The notes under the pieces are model-generated. The model was not told where the DNA came from, made no database searches, and was given only the letters and a program-made list of their open reading frames with translations. The position numbers and the translations under genes are program-made. From the sequence record KY092483.1: a stretch of 24,000 nucleotides of DNA; one strand, given 5' to 3'. Position 1 is the first letter of the stretch. The number at the start of each line of letters is the position of its first letter. Source of the stretch: Streptomyces phage Bioscum. Shown here in pieces: positions 1 to 7,396 of this stretch.

Positions 1-2
1 TG

Positions 3-398
3 GCGAAGACCGGCACGTACGCCCTCTCCGCGAACACCTACACCTCGATTCAGTGGTCGAGTGCACCTGTCCGTACGGACACGGTCATGTGGTCGGCCGC
101 GCAGCCGACGCGGCTCGTCGCGCCCGTGTCTGGCCTGTACATCGTCTACACCTCGCAGACGTGGCCCGGCGGCGCGAACTCCTGCCGCACCCGTATCCGC
201 ATCAACGGCGACGAGAACAACAACGTTCAGATGAGCTACATCGCCGCGTCGTCCGGCGGACAGGGCGACTCCTCCGCGCTCCCTCTGGTCATGGCGGCGG
301 GCGACTACATCGAGATGCAGCTCTGGAACTCCAACGCCCTCACGGGCATCCCGGCCGCCTACAGCCGGGCCGCGCTCATCTGGCAGGGCCCCGCGTGA
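3..398 (+). CDS. C-terminal part of a phage tail/structural protein (partial, starts before window)
   Basis: Open in frame 3 from the window edge through ...LYIVYTSQTWPGGANSCRTRIRINGD...YSRAALIWQGPA*; stop overlaps next GTG start; upstream of a tail-like gene. The function is positional inference. Confidence 0.5.
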   Translation, partial: AKTGTYALSANTYTSIQWSSAPVRTDTVMWSAAQPTRLVAPVSGLYIVYTSQTWPGGANSCRTRIRINGDENNNVQMSYIAASSGGQGDSSALPLVMAAGDYIEMQLWNSNALTGIPAAYSRAALIWQGPA

Positions 399-1525
399 GC
401 GGCCTCTACCGCGTCGTCCTGTGCGACCTGCGTTCCGATCAGGTCCTCGACATCCTGCCCGCGCAGGGGCTCAAACTCGACGACTACATCGGCAAGACCG
501 GCGGTGCCCAGTTCTCCATCCCGGTCACGGACGCAACCATGGCGCGCCGGGCCCGCGAGGCCGTCATCCCGGCCCGCACGGCCGTGTGGATCGAGCGCGC
601 CGGCGAAGTGTGGTGGGGCGGCATCGTGTGGACCCGGGAAATCACCCCGCCGTCCCGGGGCCGTCCGGGCGCCCTCGCCGTCCAGGCCGCGACATTCGAC
701 TCGTACCTCGCGCACCGCCTGCTCTCGGCCGGGTGGACCGGTACGGGCGTCGATCAGTTCGACATAGCCCGGCAGATCGTCGACTGGGTCCAGTCGACCG
801 ACGGCGGCGACATCGGCATCGAACTGGACTGGTCGCAGACGTCCGGCGTACTCCGCGACCGGACGTACTCCCGCTACGACCTGCCCGTCGTACGCGATGT
901 ACTCGACCAACTCGCGGGCACCGAGAACGGGTTCGAATGGCGTATCCGGACGTACCGCGACACCGACGGCCGCCGCGTCAAGGGGCTCCAACTCGGCTAT
1001 CCCATCATCCGGTCCAGCCGCACCGAGTTGGTGCTCTCCTCGCCAGGCCCGGTCATCGACTACCGGCTACCCGAGGACGGCACCGCGCGCGCCACGCACT
1101 GGCACTCCCGGGGCGCGTCCATCAACCGCAACCAGACCGAGCCGTCATACCCGCTCATGTCCGCGCCCGTGTCCGTCGACGGGGCCGTAACGCCGGGCGG
1201 GTGGCCTCGCCTCGACGGCACCAGCGACTACACCAGCGTGGAGAAGCAAGCCACGCTCGACGCGCACGCGCGCGCCGACCTCGCCCGCGCGTGGACCACC
1301 ACGCAGGTCCCCACGGTGTCCGTACGCCTCGACGGTTCCGGGATCTCCCCGGGCCTGCTCGGCTCGACGATCCGGCTCCGGATCCGAGACGAGTGGCACC
1401 CCGAAGGGCTCGACGCCCGGTACCGCCTGATCGGCCTCGCCACCACCCCGGCCGAACGCGGCCGACCCGAGACCGCCGATCTACTCCTCGAACCGAACGC
1501 CGCGCCGGCGACCCTCACCGCCTAG
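395..1525 (+). CDS. Phage minor tail protein (siphovirus tail tip-like)
   Basis: MSGLYRVVLCDLRSDQVLDILPAQGLKLDDYIGKTGGAQFSIPV...; GTG start overlaps previous stop; typical actinophage minor tail protein composition and position before the lysis genes. Confidence 0.7.
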   Translation: MSGLYRVVLCDLRSDQVLDILPAQGLKLDDYIGKTGGAQFSIPVTDATMARRAREAVIPARTAVWIERAGEVWWGGIVWTREITPPSRGRPGALAVQAATFDSYLAHRLLSAGWTGTGVDQFDIARQIVDWVQSTDGGDIGIELDWSQTSGVLRDRTYSRYDLPVVRDVLDQLAGTENGFEWRIRTYRDTDGRRVKGLQLGYPIIRSSRTELVLSSPGPVIDYRLPEDGTARATHWHSRGASINRNQTEPSYPLMSAPVSVDGAVTPGGWPRLDGTSDYTSVEKQATLDAHARADLARAWTTTQVPTVSVRLDGSGISPGLLGSTIRLRIRDEWHPEGLDARYRLIGLATTPAERGRPETADLLLEPNAAPATLTA

Positions 1526-1536
1526 GAGGCCCCCGC

Positions 1537-2259
1537 ATGGCCGCAATCCCCCAAGACCTCCTCGACCGCATTCGGCGCCTGGAGGCCGAGGTGCGCGAAC
1601 TGAGAGGCCGCTCACAGATCCGCCCCGCCATGGACCAGATCCTTTCCGGCGACGTGGTCGTCGGCGAGGGGGGCGCCCTGTCCGTCCTCGACCCCGACAA
1701 CGGGCACCAGACCTTCCGCGTCGGCGAGATCTTCCCGGCGATCGGCGAGTTCGGGACCATGATCCGGCGCGACGACGGCACCGTCGCCATCAGCGTCTCG
1801 CGTGGCCCCCTCGCCGACCCCGCCCAGTCTCAGGCCGTACGCATCATGGATGCGGCCGGGAACGAGATCCTCTCCGGCGAGACCGTCGACCCCGAGGGTG
1901 GCCTCGCCCGCCCGTACCTCCCGCTGCCGATCCCGCAGGACGAGAGCACCGCCTCATGGCCGGGCAGCGCGTCCACCGCGTGGACCACGATCGGCCGCTC
2001 GCGCGGGATCGTCCAGCACCCCAAGGTGTGGATCTACGCAGTCATGGCCCGCCCGGCCGGCGTCTCGGCACAGCTTCAACTACTCATCGACGGCACGGTC
2101 GTCGTCACCGGAGCCGTCAACGGGACGCTCGCCAACGGCGGCCCCGTCCCCGGCTACGAGTTCGGCAAGGCCGTCGAGTTCGAGTTGCAGGTCAAGGTCA
2201 CCGCTGGCACGGGCACCGTCCGGGCGATGACCCGCTACCTGTACGGCATCCAGTCCTGA
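1537..2259 (+). CDS. Phage minor tail/hypothetical structural protein
   Basis: 240 aa, MAAIPQDLLDRIRRLEAEVRELRGRSQIRPAMDQILSGDVVVGEGG...; good RBS (AGGAGG) ahead of ATG. Confidence 0.6.
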   Translation: MAAIPQDLLDRIRRLEAEVRELRGRSQIRPAMDQILSGDVVVGEGGALSVLDPDNGHQTFRVGEIFPAIGEFGTMIRRDDGTVAISVSRGPLADPAQSQAVRIMDAAGNEILSGETVDPEGGLARPYLPLPIPQDESTASWPGSASTAWTTIGRSRGIVQHPKVWIYAVMARPAGVSAQLQLLIDGTVVVTGAVNGTLANGGPVPGYEFGKAVEFELQVKVTAGTGTVRAMTRYLYGIQS

Positions 2260-2328
2260 CCCCATCCCACCCGAGGGCCGTCCCGCGCACCGCGCCGGGC
2301 GGCCCTTCCGCATTCTCGGAGGTACCCC

Positions 2329-3270
2329 ATGGCCGCGCCCGCGTCCGCCGCCCGCTTCCTCGCCGCGCTCCGCGCCGAGGGTCTGACCGTCGTCACCTAC
2401 CCGGGGTGGGAGACGCACAACCGGAACCACAAGGGCCCGTGGGGCCCCGTGCACGGCGTCGTCGTGCACCACACCGTCACCAAGGGCACCGCGAACACGG
2501 TGCGGATCTGCCGCGAGGGACACAGCACCCTGCCGGGCCCGCTGTGTCACGGCGTGATCGCCAAGGACGGCACCATGCACCTGATCGGCTACGGCCGCAC
2601 CAACCATGCCGGCAGCGGCGACCCGGACGTGCTCCGGGCCGTCATCGACGAGCGCCCGACCCCGGTCGACGACGAGGCGACCACCGACGGCAACCGGCAC
2701 TTCTACGGGTTCGAGTGCGAGAACCTCGGCGACGGCGAAGACCCGTGGCCCGAGGTCCAGCTCGACGCCATCGCCCGCGCGTCGGCCGCCGTCTGCCGGC
2801 TGCACGGATGGGGCGCGCGCTCCGTGATCGGTCACCGCGAGTGGCAGCCGGGCAAGCCGGACCCGGTCGGGTTCACCATGGACTCGATGCGGGACCGGGT
2901 CGACGCCCGCCTCGACGACAAGCCCAAGCCTCCGGCGCCGAAGCCGACCCCTCCGGCCAAGCCGAAGCCGACCCCGCCGTCGAAGCCGGCCGTCTCCCTC
3001 GCCCGCCTGATCGCCGCCGCCCGCCGCGACCCCGCCCAGAAGGGCACCCCCGTCTCGTACGCCGGGGCCCGGATCGTCGAGGAGACCCTCGCCGCCGAGG
3101 GGCTGCTCGCCCGCTCCCTGGTCGATGGGCACTTCGGCACCGCCACCCGCACCGCGTACGCCCGTTGGCAGGCCCGCCAGGGCTACCGAGGCGCCGCCGC
3201 CGACGGAATCCCCGGGCGCGCCTCCCTCGACGCTCTCGCGGCCCGCCACGGCTTCACCGTCACCCCCTGA
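2329..3270 (+). CDS. Endolysin: PGRP/N-acetylmuramoyl-L-alanine amidase with C-terminal peptidoglycan-binding-like domain
   Basis: VVTYPGWETHNRNHKGPWGPVHGVVVHHTVTKGT...CHGVIAKDGTMHLIGYGRTNHAG...SVIGHREWQPGKPDP, Pro/Lys linker, then DGHFGTATRTAYARWQARQGYRG...DGIPGRASLDAL. Confidence 0.93.
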   Translation: MAAPASAARFLAALRAEGLTVVTYPGWETHNRNHKGPWGPVHGVVVHHTVTKGTANTVRICREGHSTLPGPLCHGVIAKDGTMHLIGYGRTNHAGSGDPDVLRAVIDERPTPVDDEATTDGNRHFYGFECENLGDGEDPWPEVQLDAIARASAAVCRLHGWGARSVIGHREWQPGKPDPVGFTMDSMRDRVDARLDDKPKPPAPKPTPPAKPKPTPPSKPAVSLARLIAAARRDPAQKGTPVSYAGARIVEETLAAEGLLARSLVDGHFGTATRTAYARWQARQGYRGAAADGIPGRASLDALAARHGFTVTP

Positions 3271-3303
3271 CCCGCTCCACCCACTCCCCAGGAGGAACCC
3301 CGC

Positions 3304-3537
3304 ATGTCCACCGCCACGAAGCGCACCGTCCGCACCGTGATCCAGTCCGCCGCCGCCCTCGCCGTCGCCGCCCCCGGCATCATCGCCGCGTCCGGCATCC
3401 CCGCGACCCTGCCGTACGTCGCCGGCTTCCTCGCCGTCGCCGGCGGCCTCGCCCGCGTCATGGCGCTGCCCTCCGTCGAGGCGTTCCTCGACCGCTTCGG
3501 CCTCGGCCTGGTCGACGACAACGGGGGCGGCCAGTGA
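3304..3537 (+). CDS. Holin-like small membrane protein
   Basis: 77 aa with hydrophobic segments, immediately after endolysin: RTVIQSAAALAVAAPGIIAASGIPATLPYVAGFLAVAGGLARVMAL. Confidence 0.7.
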   Translation: MSTATKRTVRTVIQSAAALAVAAPGIIAASGIPATLPYVAGFLAVAGGLARVMALPSVEAFLDRFGLGLVDDNGGGQ

Positions 3538-3797
3538 CCATCCCCACCCCGTCCGACCCGGCCGCCGTCGCCGTCGAGCTGGAGCGGCTCCGAGGCACCG
3601 TCGAAACGGGTTTCGCCCGCGTCGACGGCTCGCTCGCCCTGCTCGTCCAGCGCGGCGACCAGACCGACCGCCAGCTCGCCGACCACGAGACCCGTCTCGA
3701 CGCCCTCGAACGCGCCCGCTGGCCCCTCGCGTCCATCGCCGCCCTGACCGCCCTCGCCGGCGTCGTGGTGGCCCTGTGGCAGCTCGCCACGCGGTAA
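3534..3797 (+). CDS. Small coiled-coil + C-terminal TM protein of the lysis cassette
   Basis: GTG overlaps holin stop; MTIPTPSDPAAVAVELERLRGTVETGFARVDGSLALLVQRGDQTDRQLADHETRLDALERARWPLASIAALTALAGVVVALWQLATR. Confidence 0.65.
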   Translation: MTIPTPSDPAAVAVELERLRGTVETGFARVDGSLALLVQRGDQTDRQLADHETRLDALERARWPLASIAALTALAGVVVALWQLATR

Positions 3798-3916
3798 CCC
3801 ACACGGGCGAATCTTCCCGACCGGCCCCGGCTGTCGGCCCCGTGTGCCATAGTCGTCGTGTCGCCCCCAGGGGCGGCGGCGACCAGCTTTCGGGCCGGTC
3901 GAGGATCGCAACACAC

Positions 3917-4005
3917 CTGCTCTTCGTGCGAGCGAAGATGACCCCGGAACTGGACGCTAGCAACCGTCCCCGAGGACCTTCTCCCTGCTACGCGGGGATG
4001 TGAAA
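3917..4005 (+). CRISPR. Candidate minimal type I-E-like repeat-spacer-repeat unit
   Basis: 3917-3945 CTGCTCTTCGTGCGAGCGAAGATGACCCC (29 nt; stem TCTTCGT/GCGAAGA, loop GCGA); 3946-3977 GGAACTGGACGCTAGCAACCGTCCCCGAGGAC (32 nt); 3978-4005 CTTCTCCCTGCTACGCGGGGATGTGAAA (stem TCCCTGC/GCGGGGA, loop TAC). Stem starts are exactly 61 nt apart. The second repeat is degenerate. Confidence 0.4.
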
Positions 4006-4040
4006 GCGGCCCACCCCCTCCCCGGGGGTGGGCCGCTTTC
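4002..4040. terminator. Bidirectional terminator between lysis cassette and minus-strand accessory operon
   Basis: Perfect 17-bp stem GAAAGCGGCCCACCCCC / GGGGGTGGGCCGCTTTC with 5-nt loop. Confidence 0.85.
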
Positions 4041-4055
4041 GTCATGTCCGGGCTC

Positions 4056-5240
4056 TCACCGGAGCCACTCGGCGCCGGGCACCGGGCATGACTCGTCGTC
4101 CAGCCACGCCACCGTGCTCCGGGGCCCGACCGTCAGCCCGAACCGGCCGAACCCCGGCCGGCTCCGGCCGTTCCACCACCGATAGGCGGCCTCGACCTCG
4201 TCCCACAGCCGGCGGGGCCCTGCCTGTACGACCTCGAACCGGCTCTGCCCCGGCACGTAGTCGGCCGACGCCCACGACTCCCCGTCGAGGTCGTACGTCC
4301 ACAAGGTGTACGCCCCGTCGTCGTACCGCTCCGTCCGCCAGAACGCGCCGCGCACCTGCAACCCGATGACGAACTGCTCGATCCACCCGCCGAGGGCCGT
4401 AGGCGCCAGGGTGCTCATGCCGCGCTGCCCGCCGGCCGGCCACTCCCGACCCCGGAAGTACACCGCCGGCTCGGGAAGCTCCGGCCGCTGCTGCCGAATC
4501 CGCATGAACGCCGACGAGCGGGTGAAGCGGCCCCGAGCGTGCCCATCATCGCCGACCGTGAGGCGCACGATGGCCTCGCCGCCGTACAGCGGCCCCCAAG
4601 GGGCGACGATCACGCCCCCGGTGACCGTCTGCTCGATCCACGCGGCCGGGACCTCACCAACCGACGCCGTGGCGATCACCCGGTCGTACGGTGCCCGGTC
4701 GGCGAACCCCTCCCGGCCGTCGCCGGTCACGACGAGCGGCGACGGCGGCCCGAACTCGGCAAGATTCTGCCGAGCCTGGTCGGCGACGGCCGGGTCGTAC
4801 TCGATGCTGACGACGTTCTCGGCGCCGAGCCGGCGCGCGAGGAGGGCCGCATTCCATCCGGTCCCCGTGCCGATCTCCAGGGCCCGGTGTCCGTCCTCAA
4901 CGTCGAGGTCGGCGAGCATCGCGAACACCATGTGCGGGAGGCTGCTGCTACTCGTCGGCGTGGTCCCCTGCTCGTCGCCCTGGTGCTCGCCCTTGTCCCA
5001 CTGCGTGGTGAGCGGGACGTTCGAGTACACGGCCGCGAGCCACGCCCGGGGGTCCGTCCGGCGGTCGACGAGCGGCCCTTGCTCGGTGCCTTCGGCGATG
5101 CCGGGCCAGACCCGATCCGGGACGAACAGGGCCCGGGGGACGGCGCGGTACGTGGGAAGCCAGTCGGATTGCAATGCGCCCGATTCGACGAGCGCGGCGG
5201 CGAGCCCCTCCGGGCCCGCCGCCTCTACGCGTGTGGTCAC
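4056..5240 (-). CDS. Protein-L-isoaspartate O-methyltransferase-like enzyme (RiPP-tailoring type)
   Basis: 394 aa from GTG at 5240 with GGGGAG RBS; TQWDKGEHQG...SSSLPHMVFAMLADLDVEDGHRALEIGTGTGWNAALLARRLGAENVVSIEYDPAVADQARQNL...VTGDGREGFADRAPYDRVIATASV...WIEQTVTGGVIVAPWGPLYGG. Confidence 0.87.
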   Translation of the reverse strand: MTTRVEAAGPEGLAAALVESGALQSDWLPTYRAVPRALFVPDRVWPGIAEGTEQGPLVDRRTDPRAWLAAVYSNVPLTTQWDKGEHQGDEQGTTPTSSSSLPHMVFAMLADLDVEDGHRALEIGTGTGWNAALLARRLGAENVVSIEYDPAVADQARQNLAEFGPPSPLVVTGDGREGFADRAPYDRVIATASVGEVPAAWIEQTVTGGVIVAPWGPLYGGEAIVRLTVGDDGHARGRFTRSSAFMRIRQQRPELPEPAVYFRGREWPAGGQRGMSTLAPTALGGWIEQFVIGLQVRGAFWRTERYDDGAYTLWTYDLDGESWASADYVPGQSRFEVVQAGPRRLWDEVEAAYRWWNGRSRPGFGRFGLTVGPRSTVAWLDDESCPVPGAEWLR

Positions 5241-5248
5241 GTGCTCCC

Positions 5249-5392
5249 CTACTTCGCGGGGCCGCTGCCGTCGGAGGAGTTCCCGCCGCTCGTCTCCGAG
5301 CCGCCGCCTCCGTGCTGCCGGCCGCTGCTGCTGTCGTCCTGCTGGCTGCCGCCGGATCCGCTGCCCGAACCGCCGCCGTGCTTGCCCGACAT
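5249..5392 (-). CDS. 47-aa Gly/Ser/Asp-rich peptide, candidate substrate of the adjacent methyltransferase
   Basis: MSGKHGGGSGSGSGGSQQDDSSSGRQHGGGGSETSGGNSSDGSGPAK; strong RBS (AAGGAGA) before ATG; stop codon 8 nt before the methyltransferase start. Confidence 0.6.
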   Translation of the reverse strand: MSGKHGGGSGSGSGGSQQDDSSSGRQHGGGGSETSGGNSSDGSGPAK

Positions 5393-5451
5393 GGTCTCTC
5401 CTTCGGTTGGGTGGTGCTCGGAACGGCCGTCCCCGAAACCGGGGGGCCGAG

Positions 5452-5548
5452 TCCCCATGCCCGGACTCGAACCGGGGTCGTCGACGACGGGCGACGGGAG
5501 ACATTTGGGTACTCCGTCGTCGGGCTCTTCCTGACTGAGCTACTGGGG
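5452..5548 (-). ncRNA. tRNA-like element (possible degenerate tRNA)
   Basis: Minus strand CCCCAGTAGCTCAGTCAGGAAGAGC...CCCCGGTTCGAGTCCGGGCATGGGGA: canonical-looking D arm (GCTC/GAGC) and T arm (CCCGG-TTCGAGT-CCGGG), about 97 nt, 5-bp CCCCA/TGGGG closure, but no standard 5-bp/7-nt anticodon arm found. Confidence 0.35.
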
Positions 5549-5683
5549 TGGGGTGGAGCCACCGCCCCGACGGCGGGGGACACGTCGGGGCGGCGGTGCT
5601 GCGGTCGGCCCCGGGCTGGGAACGGGTCGCCCGGGGCCGGGTCGTGTGCCTCGCCCCGGGAGCTCCGGTCCGGGGCGAGGCGG

Positions 5684-5866
5684 CTAGGTGGCGCGGATCG
5701 CGAGGGCGGCGGCACCGGCGCCGATGGCTACGAAGGTCAGGAACAGCGCGAGGGCGGCTGTACGGGTGGCAGGTGCTCGCCGATCAGCCGGATTGCGCCG
5801 CTCGGCCGCAGGGCCTCGCGGTCCTCCGGGCTCGCCGCCCAACAGTTGGTCTCGGTCGCCGTCCAC
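5684..5866 (-). CDS. Possible small membrane peptide
   Basis: 60 aa ending in ...RTAALALFLTFVAIGAGAAALAIRAT; overlaps the 5737-5976 ORF in a different frame, start uncertain. Confidence 0.3.
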   Translation of the reverse strand: MDGDRDQLLGGEPGGPRGPAAERRNPADRRAPATRTAALALFLTFVAIGAGAAALAIRAT

Positions 5867-5976
5867 TCCATGCCTCCAGGTCGTGCCAGCGTGAGGAGGT
5901 CACCGTTCACGGCGCGCACCTGGCCGGCGAGGGCCCGCGCCCCGTCCGTCACGACGTCGCCCTCGCGGTACCTCAC
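5737..5976 (-). CDS. Small hypothetical protein
   Basis: MRYREGDVVTDGARALAGQVRAVNGDLLTLARPGGMEWTATETNCWAASPEDREAL...; GTG start overlaps the stop of the upstream gene. Confidence 0.6.
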   Translation of the reverse strand: MRYREGDVVTDGARALAGQVRAVNGDLLTLARPGGMEWTATETNCWAASPEDREALRPSGAIRLIGEHLPPVQPPSRCS

Positions 5977-6221
5977 GACTGCCGCCGGGCGGCCCGCAGG
6001 ATCGCCGCCATGCGCTTCGCCCCGGCGACGGTGACTTCGCCGAGTCCGAAGATGTGCATGGACCCGTGCTGAGTCCCCCGCTCCTCGCGGTAGAGCCCCT
6101 GCGTCGGGAACCCTGCGGCCTCCATGGCGTCCCGGAGTTCGCGGAAGACCTCGCCGGCCTCGGCGGTGCTCACGGGGCGGATCTGCGGCGCGGTGGGCGG
6201 CGCGGTCGTGGGCGTGCTCAT
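5973..6221 (-). CDS. Small hypothetical protein divergent from the XRE regulator
   Basis: MSTPTTAPPTAPQIRPVSTAEAGEVFRELRDAMEAAGFPTQGLYREERGTQHGSMHIFGLGEVTVAGAKRMAAILRAARRQS; AAGGAGGAGAG upstream. Confidence 0.65.
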   Translation of the reverse strand: MSTPTTAPPTAPQIRPVSTAEAGEVFRELRDAMEAAGFPTQGLYREERGTQHGSMHIFGLGEVTVAGAKRMAAILRAARRQS

Positions 6222-6322
6222 CGGCTGCTCTCCTCCTTGCGGGGTGTGCTCCGGAATGGCTCCACCCTGCCGCCAACCGGCCTACGCTTGAAAGGATTTC
6301 GATTCCGGACAGCGATCAGGGA

Positions 6323-7141
6323 ATGGCGACTATGCCAGCGGCAAAAGAGATCGACCCGAGCGAATCCATCGAGGCTTTCATCGCCAACATGATCCGCGAG
6401 GCCAGAAAGGCCAAGGGGTGGCGACAAGTCGACCTTGCCGGGAAGGTATTCACCAACGACACGAAGATCAGCGAAATCGAGGGTGGCGCCCCGCCCGACC
6501 TCAAGCTCGGCCGGAACCTCGACAAGGTGCTCGACCTCGACGGCGCGCTGATCGCTCTTCTCACGATTCGCGAGCAGAGCGCGTACCGCGACTACGCCGT
6601 CGGCTTCCTGCGCGACCAGACCCGGGCCCGCTCCATCCATGAGTACTCGCTCGTCGTCCCGGGGCTGCTCCAGACCCCGGAGTACGCGCGAGCGATCATG
6701 CTGCTTGCCGACCCCGACGAACGAACCGACGTCGACGCGGACGTCGCGCGGCGCATCGAGCGGCAAGAGGTACTCAAGGGCGATGACCCGCCGTGGCTGT
6801 GGGTCGTCCTCGACGAGGCAGCGCTCAACCGGGTCATAGGGTCGCGGAAGGTGATGCGCGAGCAGCTCGGCGCGCTCCTGGACGCCTCGGAGCGGCCTCG
6901 TGTTCACGTTCAGGTGCTGCGGACGCCGAACGCTTCGATCCCGGGGTCGATAAGCCTGCTCACGGCTCACGACGGGACCCGTACGGCCTATACGGAGGGG
7001 TTCGTCACGGGTCGGTATATGCAGGATCCGAGCGAGGTCGACACGTGGCAGAGGATCTATGATCGGCTCCACGCCGAGGCCGAGGGCATCGAGGCGTCAC
7101 GAGAGATCATCCGTACTGCACTGGGGACGCACGATGACTGA
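6323..7141 (+). CDS. XRE-family HTH regulator with C-terminal DUF5753-like domain
   Basis: MIREARKAKGWRQVDLAGKVFTNDTKISEIEGGAPPDLKLGRNLDKVLDLDG...EYSLVVPGLLQTPEYARAIM...DEAALNRVIGS...QLGALLDASERPRVHVQVL. Confidence 0.92.
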   Translation: MATMPAAKEIDPSESIEAFIANMIREARKAKGWRQVDLAGKVFTNDTKISEIEGGAPPDLKLGRNLDKVLDLDGALIALLTIREQSAYRDYAVGFLRDQTRARSIHEYSLVVPGLLQTPEYARAIMLLADPDERTDVDADVARRIERQEVLKGDDPPWLWVVLDEAALNRVIGSRKVMREQLGALLDASERPRVHVQVLRTPNASIPGSISLLTAHDGTRTAYTEGFVTGRYMQDPSEVDTWQRIYDRLHAEAEGIEASREIIRTALGTHDD

Positions 7142-7316
7142 ACCCGTTTGGCGCACGAGCACGTACAGCGGCTCCAACGACAACTGCGTCGAGGTGGCGG
7201 ACAACACGCCCCGCGTCCTCGTTCGGGACACGAAGGATCACGGCGCAGGGATGCTCACCGTGGCGCCGGCGGCCTGGTCGTCGTTCACGTCGTTCGCGTC
7301 CGACCTCGCCGAGTGA
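7134..7316 (+). CDS. DUF397-family protein
   Basis: MTEPVWRTSTYSGSNDNCVEVADNTPRVLVRDTKDHGAGMLTVAPAAWSSFTSFASDLAE; overlaps the XRE gene end, the typical XRE-DUF397 pair of Streptomyces. Confidence 0.92.
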   Translation: MTEPVWRTSTYSGSNDNCVEVADNTPRVLVRDTKDHGAGMLTVAPAAWSSFTSFASDLAE

Positions 7317-7325
7317 ACATGCGCA

Positions 7326-7364
7326 GCGCGGCCCCGCGTCCCATGATGGGAGGCGGGGCCGCGC
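7326..7364 (+). terminator. Terminator hairpin after the XRE-DUF397 operon
   Basis: GCGCGGCCCCGC (7326-7337) / GCGGGGCCGCGC (7353-7364), perfect 12-bp stem; the loop contains CCCATGATGGG. Confidence 0.7.
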
Positions 7365-7396
7365 CGTTTCCGCAGGTCAACTAGGCGACCCCGGAG

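Noticed and set aside
3856-3884. Possible third CRISPR repeat one 61-nt period upstream
   Set aside because: TCGTGTCGCCCCCAGGGGCGGCGGCGACC has a small hairpin but its sequence and stem register do not match the other two repeats.
1956-3963. Long overlapping ORFs of about 600 aa (613 aa plus strand, 627 aa minus strand)
   Set aside because: Arg/Pro/Gly-rich translations that shadow the well-supported lysis genes; typical high-GC artefacts.
3776-4003. 75-aa ORF spanning the CRISPR-like region
   Set aside because: Biased composition, no convincing RBS, overlaps structured non-coding DNA.
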